The translations under genes and the position numbers were made by a program. A DNA stretch of 64,000 nt, from the NCBI RefSeq assembly GCF_009914755.1, contig NC_060934.1. One strand, written 5' to 3'. Source of the DNA: the human T2T-CHM13v2.0 reference genome, Homo sapiens. Below the pieces are notes generated by a model. It was not told the DNA's origin and searched no databases. It was given only the letters and a program-made list of their open reading frames with translations. Shown in pieces: positions 31,116 to 47,639 of the stretch. Position 1 is the stretch's first letter, and every line of letters starts with the position of its first letter.

Positions 31116-32234
31116 CTATGTTTAACGTCTATATAGTGTAGCAAAGCTCACTGACATTCTACAACTTCAGTTTATTCACCTAGGATCTTAAGTTAATGGT
31201 CAGATTCCATCATAAGTTTTAAGGACTATTCAAATTATTTCACTGTAATTTTGTATCAAATTATTCTTTGAAATAGTTGGGGCAGCTCAATTGTTTTGTT
31301 AAGCAGAGACAGTTACCAGGCCTGATGGTACTTCCTAAAATGGGCTTTAGTTGGTTAGGTTACAACTAAATTTATAGTACATACCTAAATAGCAGGTGCA
31401 TATTTCCACTAAAGTAAATAATATAGTATTTATATATTCATCTTATTAACAAGGAAGTCTGTTTCACTACTCTTAAACATTGCTAATTCCCACTACACTA
31501 TACTTCCTGCCAAGACTAAACATTGAAGTGACAGCCATCTTTAGTAAAAGATTTGAATGTGCTTAGAGGCGTGGCATACACACACCAATTAAGAAAAAAC
31601 AAAGGTTATATTCAGCAATGTGAGACTTACCATAATAATTCTATTCACTGGGGTAAAAATGAAAACCAGAAAAAGAAAAGCAGAATGAAAGAGCTTCTGA
31701 ATGACAGTGAACTTAAACAAGTGAGTCAGGATAGTGAGTCATCCTTCAGTGCATGCCTCAAAAATGTGAACAGATACTACCCTAAGTCCTACAATGTTAA
31801 TCATAATCCTTTTAAAAATCAGGAAATAAAGCTGCTTTAAGCTGAATTCCTGTTTTCAATGTGGTCATAGTTTTGCCACATGCATAACAATTGATAAGTG
31901 GTTTTAAGATTAGTCCTTGAAATCCTGCCTACGGATAGGGGTGGCTGTGGAATGTGTAAGAGTATAACTAACTGCAACCACGGGTTTCGTGAAGTTCTAT
32001 AACATCCTTTAGGGTGGGAATAAGATCAAGGAAACTCTTTTATATTGGTGTAACACAATTCACATTATGCAGAAAATTCATACACACCAATGGGAAACAT
32101 ATCCACTAAACATATTCTTAGCTTTAGGTAATGAAACACTTATTTCCTTACAAGGAACCCCTTTCTAATTTGCCTATTTCTACCAACACCATCACACCAT
32201 CTCAGGCCTTAAATACAAAAGCTTTGCTGCTTTA

Positions 32235-32482
32235 TTATTTTTTTAATAGATTTGGGGGACGGTGGGTACCAGCACAGTTTTGCTACATGGATATATTGTG
32301 TAGTGGTGAAGTCTGGGCTTTTAGTGTACCCATTACCCCAATAAAGAATAATGTATCCAGCAGGTAATTTTCAAACCTCACCCACCTCCCACCTCCCACC
32401 TTTTGGAGTCTCCAATGTGTGTTCCTCTCTCTATGACTATGTGTACCCATTGTTTCGCTCCTACTTATAAGTGAGAACACTG
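32235..32482 (-). mobile_element. L1 (PB-like) 3' end
   Basis: gatatattgtgtagtggtgaagtctgggcttttagtg...cctacttataagtgagaaca. Confidence 0.9.
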
Positions 32483-33027
32483 GCATCATTTTTAACATTT
32501 TATTTATCCTTCACCCCTCTACCTGTAATTTCTCACTAAGTTTTTAATATTCTTTTCAATCATCCTTCCTTTTACATTTGCTCCACTATCACATTAATCC
32601 ACAACCATATTTTGGCTACTGAATTGTTGAATGCAAAGAAAAAGCTGTTTCAAGACAGTGTACGATAATCCCAAGTGTGATCTATTGGGATCATTTGGCA
32701 GGCATGTCGCAAGTAACTTGCCAATAATGACAATTAACAACACTGAAATTCAAATCTTTCTCTAAAATAATACTCCTCTCACTAACTTCAGCCTCCAGGT
32801 TTCCTTGTGTGGATGTCATTTCAGCAAGGATACCAGAAATAATATATAACTCACTTACGAGACTACTCACTCAGGTGACCTGTTATGTATGCCAAAACTA
32901 AATAAAAGGCTGAAAATCAATGTTCCTTAATATATTATGGGAATATATACTTACATCCATTCATTGAACCCTCACTCCATTCATCAATATTAGATTTGTC
33001 TCAGTATAACAAAAAATAGCAAGATTA

Positions 33028-33560
<533 letters not shown>

Positions 33561-34196
33561 TGCAAGAGAGCAGAGTACACACAGAAGAAAGAGCAACGGT
33601 GCAGCCCCAAATAGAAACTGCTCAGAGGAAGCAAATTCAAGGGTTTTCAGTTTCACATGGCTGGGAGACAAAACTAGAGCTCAGGGCACAAAGCATGAGG
33701 GGCCAAGATCCTACAGAAAAAGAAAGCAGTGAGAAATCAACCCAAAATCTGAGCCCTTTAACTCCTCAAAGCATCTGCCCATTCACAAGCACCACAGACT
33801 GAGAGAAACCAGGCAGAAAGTAACAATAAAAAATGTAAAAGCTAAACAGAACTTGTGGCAGTCCTGAGAAAATAAAAATTGGAGTTCGGGATCCACTAAA
33901 GGGGCAGCAACCTGGTAAGCACCCAGACTCCAGCTCAGGCCCCTGAATGACTATGCCCTAGGATCAATGGAGAACCAGAAATAAGTGAAGCTTTATAAAT
34001 ACTGAAATTCAGACAGCTCAAACATGATTGGACTAAGTCGTTTTGCCTTTTATTTTGCTGCCTGCAAGAAGTTAACAGCTGAACCAAAACCTCTACAAGT
34101 TTTTCATATGTACTATCTGATATCCAAGAAAAAATTACAAGGCATATGAAGACACAATACCAAGAAAAAAAAAAAGAAAAAAGGAAACAGAGATAG

Positions 34197-34526
<330 letters not shown>

Positions 34527-34569
34527 TGTTTTTTTTTTTTGTTTGTTTTTTTTTTTAAGAATCCTATGA

Positions 34570-34857
34570 GGCCAGGTGCAGTGGCTCACGGCTCTAATCC
34601 CAGCACTTTGGGAGGCCGAGGCAGGTGGATCACCTGAGGTCAGGAGTTTGACACCGGCCTGGCCAACATGGCAAAACCGCGTCTCTACTAAAGTACAAAA
34701 ATTAGCCAGGTATGGTGGCAGGCACCTGTAACCCCAGCTACTCAGAAGGCTGAGGCAGAAGAATAGACTGAACACGGGAAGTGGACGTTGCAGTGAGCTG
34801 AGATCGCACCATTGCACTCCAGCCTGGGCAACAAGAGTGAAACTCGGTCTTAAAAAA

Positions 34858-34875
<18 letters not shown>
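34570..34875 (+). mobile_element. Alu (S-like)
   Basis: Consensus. Confidence 0.97.

Positions 34876-34941
<66 letters not shown>
34852..34941. repeat. Compound microsatellite A24(TA)17(GA)16
   Basis: Direct reading. Confidence 0.97.
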
Positions 34942-34946
<5 letters not shown>

Positions 34947-36989
34947 AATAAAAGATAGAAAATACATGAAAGAGCATAGGAGACATATGAGACACAAGGA
35001 AATGGTCTAATGTACATGCAGTTAGAGTCCTAGAGAGGACAGATAGAATGGTACAGAAGCAGTTTCTAAATAGCTAATAAGCAAGAAGGGGAACTCACCA
35101 GTTCAAGAGGCACAACAAACCCCAAGCAGAATATAAGAAAAACATACCTGGACACATCAGAGTAAAACTTCCAAAAATTAAAAACAAAGAAGAAATCTTA
35201 AAATAGCAGTCCAAGAAAAAGACAACCTTCAAATGGGCAGCAATAAGATCAACTGCAAATTTCTAAACAGAAACTATGAAAGTCAGAAGATAATGAAATT
35301 ACACTCTTAAAATGCTAAAATAACCAGCATCTTAGGATTTCAAGACATTCTGAAAGTTTCCTTCAAAACTGAAGGCAAAAATAAAGACATTTCCAGATAA
35401 TGCCTGAGATATTTAATGGTGAGCCCACACACAATAAAATAATAAAAGGGGTTCTACGAGCAGAAAAACACGAGCCTTGATGGACAAACAGTCATGAAGG
35501 AAGAAATACAGAGATATGGAAAGCATAAATACATGGATACTAAACACATGGGGTTTACTATCTATATACAATTAAAACATAAAGCAACAATAACCCTAAA
35601 GGCAGACAGGGCATAAATGGAGTTAACTACCTTGAGGTTCTTATATTTTTCTGGAAAACAGACATCAGTACTAATTTGTTATAAATTTGAATAAGTCAGG
35701 GATTAATAATGTAATCTAGGGTAACACTAAAGAATAACAAAATGATTTATAACAGGTATGAGAATACATAATAAAAACTATTTTAATAATCCAAAAGATG
35801 ACAAGAAATTACAGGAGAAAAAGAATTTAAAACATGTAGAAAGATAGAAACAGAAAGTCAGATTTAGACCCAAACATGACAATAACATATGTAAACAGAC
35901 TAAACACACCATGTAAAAGACAAAGGCAATCAGATTAAATGTAAAAAAACAGATATATGCTATTTAGAAAAGAGAGATCATAAACAAACAAGCACTCAGC
36001 AAATACGAAAGTAAAAGAATGGGAAAGTTATATATACCATGTAAGCATGAAACTAAAGAAATCTGATAACACTGTACTTATCTCGGACAAAGCCGACTTA
36101 GGCAATAATCATTACAGGAGATACAAAGTAACATTTTATTGCAACAAAACAATCAACCCAAGAGGAAGACCTAAGGATGGACCTAGTAACACAGTTTCAA
36201 AACACATAAAGCAAAAATTGGCAAAATTAAAAGAAAAAGTAGACAAGTTTACACCATAATGGAAGATTGTAATACATAGAGAGGTCAGAGAGACACTTAG
36301 AACTCTAACAACAAATCAATCACATCCAGTCTTTTGAGTCTATCAATCTAGCTCTCAATTTCAAGGGTACCAGCCAACTGAGGACCTGGTTTTTTTATAT
36401 TCCTTGCACGCACAGATGAAAAGCCCACTGACCACTTCGCTTTGGATCACAGAGAATTTCAGAAGAAGTCTAGAACAACTCCATATCCTCAAAAGCATTT
36501 TTAATAGATTACTAAAATCTAAAGCATATAATTTATTATTAATTATAAATGTCATTAATTATACATCAGATTAACTTTGCTGGATATTCTGTTTTCTAAA
36601 CTTCTAAATTTCTGCATGCTGTTTTCATGCTCAATCAGCTCATTCAATCACAATTTTATTCAACATATTAGAGAGAGAACTTGAAACTGTCTGCTTAATT
36701 AAAACTAGACAACTCCTTAGTAATAGAAAGGATTAAGGAATAGTCATAAAAAGAGACAAATAGAGCCCAATACAGCAAAGGAGGCAAGTACAATACCCAA
36801 CACTTAATAGCAATTAGAATTTGTTACCATTTTTAGTGCCTTTTTACGATAAAACCACAACTATAGATGGATGGCAGGATCTGTGTATTTTTCCAAATAT
36901 ACTTACCACAGAAAGCAGTGTGAATAACATATTCTAGCTCAAAGATGCCATGATTTTAAATGCAAATTTTAAATTGGATTATCTCTAGC

Positions 36990-37990
36990 GTTAAATCAGA
37001 GTCATGGGGCTGAAACCTGACGACAGTGGATTTAAAGGAAAATGGAAGAGAATGAATTGGAGTTAGTGAGTGTAGACTTATTAGGGGAGAACATTGATGA
37101 CACGAAAGAACAAGAGAGCTGAGTAAGCAATGTTCACGAGTGCATGAGAGCACAGAGACTCTAGTGCATGAGGAAAGAGGGTGGTGCCACACAGGGCAGT
37201 GCACACATGGCATACTACACGGGCGGGCTCATCTGTAGCAGGAACAGGTAGAATACATGGGTTCAGTTAACGAGATGCAGGGAGCTCCAACAGTATTAGT
37301 CTGCTGGTCCATGAAGCCATTGGCTTCAAGTTTCTCCATAAGGAAGCAAGATAACCAGCTGAAAATAGGTATGGAGAAGAAACGCGGAAGGTATGAGAAA
37401 AAAGGGAAAACTGAAACAGTCATCTAAGTGAATGAAGTATACAGTATGACTGTCAGGCAGCATCAAAAGCCTACCTGAGGTTCACAATCTTGAATTTAAA
37501 GGAAGGTTGTGGAGAACTCTCCAGTCACATTCAGATGCACAGGTACAAAGTAGCCGTAAAGTTGACAAGACCCTATTTGCGAAGCGACAGGTGGTACCAA
37601 AACAGTGACAGGTGGCTCCCAAACAACTTTGGAGCCCTGGCCTCTTCTTCCCTGCTCCTTTGTCCCCCAACTAAATGCCACTCCTATAAGTATGTACAAC
37701 AAGTATACACACTGATCTCCAAAATGCCCATGACACCATCATCTCAGGATCATCATTCCACAGCAATATTCCGAAGTTCTGGCCCTTACTAAAAAGGGTT
37801 CCTCCAGTTTTTCTCCTCGTCCTCAACAAGTTCTCCCATGAGTGAATACATCCATTCCCAAAATGGTGAATGCTTTATCTATTTAATATGTCCCTCTACC
37901 CTTATATTCCCTGAATGCTAATCTGGACATCTACACCTGAATACCTACAGGATAAATCCCAGTGTGTCAAAACAACCCTTGATGGTCTGG
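36990..37990. mobile_element. L2 fragments (minus then plus)
   Basis: Purine-rich L2 ORF2 antisense sequence; ctggacatctacacctgaatacc. Confidence 0.55.
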
Positions 37991-40156
37991 TCCTCATTTG
38001 TGGTTGCAGAATTCCAAGCATACCTCCTACCACTCCCCATCCATGGAACCCATAATCAAACCACACTGGACTTTTTCCTCAAACACACTTGGCTCCTTAA
38101 AACCTCCAAGCCTCTAAAGATTATCACATCTATTTACCTCAATATAAACTATATCCATTTAATCCTAATGAAATTTAAAGTAAACTCCTACTGAAATTAC
38201 ATATAAATATCTAAACTCAAACAGATCCATCCCTCGTTTGCTACAAAGAGCAAATACAGGGACTTTTTTTTCCTGGAGTTTTTGACAATGCCCAAATGGA
38301 AGTATAACTACAACTAACCATAGTTTACTTTGCTTAATATTAGTACATATTTGGTAATTGCCTAGATGATATATTTAGATCAACTACTAACAATTTTTAA
38401 CCTACTTTTGAAAAACAAAACATTGAAAAGCAATATAAGCCACTAAGTCGAGTTTGGTTACAGACTTCTATAGTCATGACAGTACAATTTTCAAAATATC
38501 GGAAACAAGACCCTGCAAAATTCTCTAAGCTGCAGGTCCAAGTGTAATAGAGCAACAAAGGTAAGTCTTTTCTAAAACCAGGTAGGGGTGTGTGTGTACC
38601 CAGGTACTACATATGCAGTATATATGATATACAAACTAGTTTCTTGGGGAGGTTCTGAAGATTATAAATAAATGTGTAAATGCTTTAGGATGTTTAAATT
38701 AAAGGAAATATTTATTGACCCAAATAACAATTTCTACTTCTCACCTTGAAGTTATATAAACAGAAAAATTAGAATTTCAAAAATATCATAAAAATAAGGA
38801 TATAGCCTACTTTGTCATTTTTTAGTACAAACAAAACAGCAACTTTAAGGTCACTTTCCAAACCATTCAGTGATTCAACACGCAAAATTTACACATAGGG
38901 CATCCACGCACACTAGTAAGACAGTACAGCTTGGAGAGTAATAATCACTTTAGGATAGTATACAGTCTCGTTTCGACCTTTATTATTGAAATTTAACATG
39001 TATGGAGCTCCAAACATACATATATATATATATCATCTAAGTAACATTATACTACAGTAATAAATGGAAAAACAATGCACTAAGCCCAAACCTACTTTGC
39101 TTTCTTAAACAATCACAAAGTACAACCTAAGCCTGGATCTAACATCTTATAAACATAAATTGTTGTGACTTGATCGTGGAGATAGATGGCTGCTTTCAAC
39201 TCCCTGGGGAAGGAGAGTCCCATTTTGTTCCAATAGTGCACCAGTCCTGATGATGACTACTAGCCCTACAACCTGTTAGCTCTTTTACCTTAACTTCTCT
39301 AAGCTTCATTTTCCCTATCTGCAAAATTGGGATACCACCACACCATATAAGTCTGTTTTAAGGAGTTAGGTTTGAGTCTATACAGCAAGTAGTATTTGTG
39401 CATGAAAAAAAGACTGATAAGGCAATAAAATATTAACAGAGGTCTTCTCTAAGGAGATTATAAAAGATTTTTTTAAAAAATCTTCCCCTTACTTGTTCTA
39501 CGTTGTCCAAGTTTTCTACACTGAGAATAATAATTCCATAAAAATAAAATAATAAAGTCTCATTTCGTTCAAAAAAGCACGATACATTGCAAATTCCTAA
39601 TTTCCCATTGTCTTCTATAATAACAGTCACTGAGTACTTGCTCTATGCCAGATATATTACATAAACTATCTCCACTTAATGTTCACAGCAACTTCTGAAA
39701 GTGCCACCTAGGCAATTATAAAACATGTACTAATATTAAGCAAAATAAGCTTTTAAACATAAGAAAATCAAGGATCAGAAACATCACTCAGCAGGTACAG
39801 GACGGCACCAAGATTCAAATCCCAGTCTAACTTCTATGCTTTAGATACCACATTACTCAGGGTTAATGATCAACTTGTCAGCAAAGTCAAGAATCATCTT
39901 ACTAGTAAGGAGCAGAATACTTTAAGGCTCAGGATTTTTTTTTCTTATATAACTCTGCCCTAAAACATGCTACCCCCCTCCTTTCCTTAGTACCGTAATA
40001 ACTTTCTCTAAAAGAGGAAGCAACACTTTTGGGTTATCTGTTTTTAAAAGACTCCTAGGTTTGGCAATACTTCACTGACTCAAGTAACTAAAACACAGCT
40101 GAGACTCAAAGGTAAACAAAGAAGAAAAAAAAGGCCTCCAAACAGTAAAAAATATA

Positions 40157-40188
<32 letters not shown>

Positions 40189-41389
40189 TCAAACAACAAT
40201 ACAGTTTATTATTTTATCCATAATCAAGTCTCTCAAAATCTTTACTCAGAACTAATTTATCCTATTGTTATTAAGAACAATTTTTAGGTACAATTAAAAC
40301 CAGGTTGATGGTTGCTTCATTCCCAAGTCAAAGTTAAGACTAGAAGCAGAAAATTAGAAAACAGGAAAAGAGCTATTAAAAGCAGATACACTAATAATGT
40401 ACAAGAAGTAACTGCCAACCTAAAGGAGTCAGAAAGCTTAAAAAAATGTATATGGGAAGAATTAAAAAGCAGTTAATCTACATCTATTTCGAGCATACTC
40501 AAGCAGCCCTGAATATCTCATTAGGCCCTGAGTTGCAAAGAAAAAACATTTAGTATACTCTATGTCATAGGACGGTAAAATTACATTTTAAGTAGTTTCA
40601 TCCAGAATAGCTAAAATATGTTTGTGCTTTATACATCCAAAAAAAATAACATTGTAGAATACCTCATTTCCTAACTGAACACTTAATTCATGCTTATAAA
40701 ATATTCAAGCAATACAGAAATGCATTAAGAAAAGTGAACTCTCTTCCTCTACACCCCTTCCCAAATGAACCCTCTAATGTTAACTTTTTTGGTGGGTTTC
40801 CATAAAGTCTTTCTCCTTTGCACATTCTAAAACAGATTTAAACATACCATACACAGGATACACATGTGCATACGTGCACAAGAACATATACGAACACACG
40901 CATATGTATAAGGCACACAACAGAACCATACTAAGCACATTGCTTTGCAATTATCTTTCTACTCAAATATATTTCATAGACATTTTTCCAGGTCTGTTCA
41001 GATAAATTAAGCTTACTCTTCTTAATACTATTGTACTTCACTATATGGATTTGCCATAATGCACTAACCTTTCTTCTACTGACAGATAAGTTCTACTGGT
41101 TTGGGTATTGTAAACAATGCTACAGTGAGGATCTTTGTGCATGTTATCTTTTGCGCAGATGCAGAAATGGTATTTCTATAGAATACTGACTTGCAGACTA
41201 GAATTAGTAGGCCAGATGAAACACAACTTTTAATTTTGATAAAGAATACCAATTTGTTCTCTTACCAACAATATGTGAGCACCTTTTTCATCACATTGAA
41301 TACTGGTCCCATTTATTAATTTTAGCCAGTCTTGAAACAATATTTCATTATTGTTTATATATGCATTCTCAAACAATGTAATTTCCTAT

Positions 41390-42078
<689 letters not shown>

Positions 42079-42294
42079 TGAACAGTCCTCTAATTATTTG
42101 TGACACTCAACATTCATATGTTGTTAGCCACTTGTATTTCTGTAACTTGTCTATTTTATCTGCCAAATTTTCACTTGTTTCTTGATCTAAAAACGTGGAA
42201 TTCCACACAGTACAATCATAAGTGAATTGCCTAATTTCTCAGTATTCTAGTTTTATTAGGCATTAGTAAATAAGTTTTAGAAGAATAATAGTAA

Positions 42295-43085
42295 GGGTCT
42301 TTTGGTAGTTTCTTGAAAAAGTAGACATCCACTTACCATGCAATCTATGAATCACATTCCTGGGTATCTATCCCACAGAAATAAAAATTTATATTTATGT
42401 CGACACAAAAATCTGAATGTTCATAGTAGCTTTATTTGTAATAGTAAAAAAAATAAAAAATAAAATAAAATAAATAAAAAACTTGAAACAATCCAAATAT
42501 CCTTCAGTGTGTAAATGGTTAAACCAACTCTGGTACATCCATACTGTGGAATACTACTCATCAATAAAAAAGAGACAAACCATTGATACATGAAACAATT
42601 TCATGGATACTAAGTTTTAAAAAATCCCCAAAGATAATATAATATATGATTCCATTTATATAGCATTCTCAAGATGGTAAATTTATAGAGATGGAGAACA
42701 AATTCATTGCAAGGGGTTAGGGAAGTGCAGGGAGGTGTGGGAAGGGTATGATAGAAAGGGCATAGCGTTAAGGAAACCTGTGGTGATGAAACTCTTCTGT
42801 AACCTTGGTTCTGATGACGGTTACACAAATCTACACATGATAAAATTGCCGAGGACCCACCACACACACACACACATACACACAAATGTCACACATACAC
42901 CACACACATGCATGTAAAACTAATGAAATCTGAATAAAGTCTGTGGATTGTACCAATATCAATATCCTGGTTTGATATTTAACTAAAGTTACATAAAAAT
43001 GGAGGAAACTGAGTAAAAAGTACATGGGATTTCTCGGTACTGTTTTGCAATTTCCTATGAATCCATAATTATTTCAAAATAAGTT
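42295..43085 (+). mobile_element. Old L1 (L1M) 3' region with a CA-rich tract
   Basis: ttcctgggtatctatccc, tggaatactactca, gattccatttatatagcattc. Confidence 0.85.
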
Positions 43086-44813
43086 TTTCTGAAAAGTACT
43101 TAGTGCTGTTTTCAAAAACCCCATAATTAATATACCCATTCTCTGCTTTTCAACTTGCTCCCTGCAGAGTCTAGGTAAAGTTTTTCCTTCTTTTCAGCTC
43201 AACTCCAGTCCCACATTTCCAAGGCGAGGCTTCCCATGATAATCAGAAGTGCAAGAGAGCCAGGGTCTCCATCGACTCTACACAGACGACTCCCAGCCCC
43301 TGAGCATGCAGCCCTCAGGAAGCTGAGATTGTCAAGGACAGCCATTCCAAATTAGCATTTTGTTGACATTTTGGATTGTTCACATTACAGAAAGATAAGG
43401 GCTTTCTCACAATTAATAAAACTTCAGGGAATATTCAAATGTTCTTAGGTAGTCATTTAGATTAGTCCAAGCCAGATTTTCAAAGCACAGCATGTATATT
43501 TTGTTAGATGTTTCTGGTAACTGCCATCGTGAATCTAGCAGATGTTCAGGTAACAGTCATTAAAAGCGCTCCATGACTAAGTAGCATAATGACCTTTATT
43601 AATCACTGCATCTGGTGTTTGCCAAATGGGAGAGAAACAATACTCAAGCAGCCTTTTGTTAAGGGGTAACAAGTTATCTGAATGAAGATACTTCAGCACA
43701 TTTAAATTATATTTAAATTATATCAAGATAGTGCTATAAACATTTAATTCCAAGTAGCATTCTCAATAAAATAACTCATTGCAAACCTAATTGCTCTCTA
43801 GAGAAGATTACTGGGCAGTCTGTTTCAGTAATAACATAAAGCAAGAATCGAATCCTCTCAGTAATTAGGTAACAGATTAAATTTATCAATTATCTACTAT
43901 CTGTTATCTCACTTAGATGATAAGCCATAGAGAAACAAATACCAGGCAAGCTCATGAACCACCGAATTCTTCAGAATTATTCACTTTTCCCCAAAATGAT
44001 TAATGAATTGCAGTCCTTGCCCTCAAGAAGCTCACAGCTTAATAAAGGGTACGACCCTCTAGAAAATAATCATATACACATACGCTGTAAGATAATAAGT
44101 AAAGACATATTCAAAGAGCTACTCTAAAGCATTTCCAGGTGGAACTTAGTACCTCTGCTCTACCAGTTCCCAGCTATCCCCTATGATACACCTAAAAAAT
44201 CTGAGAAAGCAACACAAGATATTGCATGAGTGTCTGAGAACACTGAGTACCTTCAATTACATTGCAGGACCACATATACATTTGATTTATATTGCTGATT
44301 TCATAATATCCACTCTTTTCTCCATTAACATGATACAAAGTAACTTGCACAACATATATTTGGGACAGTACATGCAATCCAAAATGCAGCTCTTGATATT
44401 GACTAATTATGGATTTGACACTTGTACTGCCATTTATTAAGCAACTCACAGTAACAAGTAGAGAAGTTGTATGATCTTACTACACCACAGATAGTCATCA
44501 TTCTACAGGAGTTAACGTTTCTACAGTTTTTTTCTCACGTGAAGTTAATAGCCCGTTTAAAGTGAAAAATAACCTAAATCATACCTGGATGTCACTATCA
44601 TAGAAACAAAAACTAAGTTTTGCTTCTTATATTAAGTGATACTTTTTCTTTTAACACTATTTTTCCTTTGTTAAACATATGCGATACACACTTGAGTATA
44701 CCCAAGAAGACCACAGAAAGAAGCAACATAGAGCAAATCAAAGAACATGAGAGATAACTTAAAAAAGCAAGAAACCAAGATAAAATCAGCATCCTTTAAG
44801 AATGTAGCATCCA

Positions 44814-45152
<339 letters not shown>

Positions 45153-45829
45153 TCACCACAGCGTAGGGTAGCAAACTGCAGTGATCACAGCTACTATCCA
45201 GCCGCTCACCATTGAAGCCAATATGGACAGGAGTGGAGAGGCTGGTTAAGGAGGAGTACATTTCTAATGCTGACATCACAGGTGGCAGAATGGGTTTTGG
45301 ATTCCCTTTACTTCAGATTACTTGAACAAACGTAGTTTTGATATTAATAGCAATACTGATTGCAATTCAAATATTGAAGATTCTTCTCTTCAACCAGCAT
45401 ATGTCCAGCATTTATCATATGCACAGATAATAGCGCTCCACATGCCAGGAGAGTTTATATGCCATTGGAAGAGATGGCCATCACCACTAAATATTTTTAA
45501 CAACAAAGGCAGTGATTAATGGAATAAAACACAGGGCTAGAGCTGGATGGCTATGAAAATGAGCTGGGAAGGGCAGGCTGGACTCTCTGAAATGCCTGAT
45601 GAAGGAGGCTGTACTTCACCCTGAAAGCAGTGAGCACTCATAATAAATTTTTAAGCTAGAGTGTGTGGCAGAAACATGAGTCTAAACTGTGGTAAAAGAG
45701 AAACATGAAAAATGCATTCAGCAGGTTGGCATATATAAACAGTTTCTCAAAGGGCAATAAAAGATACCGAAAGGACAAAAAAATCGGTACACACACAAAG
45801 CATAATAAATCTGAACACCACGCATATTT

Positions 45830-46215
45830 GTTTATTTACCAAACGCCACATATTTACTGTGTGCTTAAATGGGGGCCATTCTAAGCACTTTACAAATGTT
45901 GCCTCCTTCAATCCACATTCACGAACTTATAAGAACTTTTGTTTGAGGTTATTAATCCAATTTTACATATGAGGAAACTGAAGCACAGAGAAACTAAGTT
46001 GCTCAAGGTCACAAGACTAGTAAGTAGTGGATTCGAGAGCTGAACTCGGGCAATCTGGCTATACAATCTATCCAATACTGTCCAACAGAGCTTGCTGCAA
46101 TGTGGCTATTGAGTACTTAATATGTGGCTAGAATGAGGAACTAAATTTTTTATTTTACTTAATTTTAATTATTCAACCACATGTGGCTACTGGCTACCAT
46201 GCTGGAGAGTTCAGA
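45830..46215. mobile_element. MIR (-) with a MER3/MER33-like transposon at about 46075-46212
   Basis: gaggaaactgaagcacagaga; tgtggctattgagtactt...ccacatgtggctactggctacc. Confidence 0.75.
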
Positions 46216-46283
46216 CCATATTCTTAATTAATATACGGACCTGCTTTACTAAGAGACTCAGAGACAAGCAAGAGAGGAATGGT

Positions 46284-46640
<357 letters not shown>

Positions 46641-47602
46641 TCATTTTATTTTTAATTGACAAATAATTGTATATGTTTACAAATTTAATGGTTTAAACAA
46701 TTCAAAGAAAACCTTTCAAGGTCATTTCAAGTTTCAAGCAACAACTGACTGCAAAATTTACCAACTTACTTCAAAAACTCCTTTCCATAGTTAAGACAAT
46801 ACACTGGGCCAACGAGCTAAACAAAATGGACTCATTTTTCTTTAAAACATTATTAAATTAATTACAACCTGTACTAAATACATCTCCCTAAAACAAAGTC
46901 TTGACAAAACTTTTATTAACTAACTCTACCCACAACATACACAATTTTGACTTCAAATATGACATAGCTGAATTTAAGGAATAAATATACTGCTTATAGT
47001 TTTCCAAGTACAAATGAGCTGACACAGTTATAGAAATTAACAAACATCACTATATTGAAACAGACTGCTATCCACAGAGCTCTGTATTCTGTTCCAGACA
47101 TAAACACCTACAAACAAATTATTAGCCATCTAAGAGATCAGAAGAGCAATATCAGCAACAGAATAACAACAATAATAAAAATAACAAAAATACCAACAGC
47201 AGCTTACCTTTATTCCTTACAGTGTGGCAGGCACTGTGTGAGTCCCTCATACACATGACCTCACACAGCCCTCATAACACCTGGGAAAATATACACTATT
47301 ATTACCTCTACTTTTCAGATAAAGAATCTAGTGTACAGGGAAGTTCCATAACTTGCTCAAGGCTAAACAGCAAATGAGCGAGCAAATCCAGGATCGAGAC
47401 CTCTGTCTGTCTGATTAATGCCCACGCTCTTAGCTAACCACTTCTGCGCTGCCTTTCCTTTTCATTAAACCACTCACGTAACTGTGGATCAGCTTAGCGG
47501 TCACGTGTGAAAATCTCTAAAAGCTAGTCACAGCTAAGCCAAATGCACAACCTTCTAAGACTACTGTTACCTGATGTATCAATGTGTGTGTCGGGAGGTA
47601 GT

Positions 47603-47603
47603 T

Positions 47604-47634
<31 letters not shown>

Positions 47635-47639
47635 CGTGC
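47603..47639. repeat. (TG)12(CG)5TGC alternating purine-pyrimidine tract
   Basis: Direct reading. Confidence 0.95.

Noticed and set aside
31553-31840. 95-aa lysine-rich ORF on +
   Set aside because: Non-ATG start; the K/N richness is just the complement of the minus-strand pyrimidine tract.
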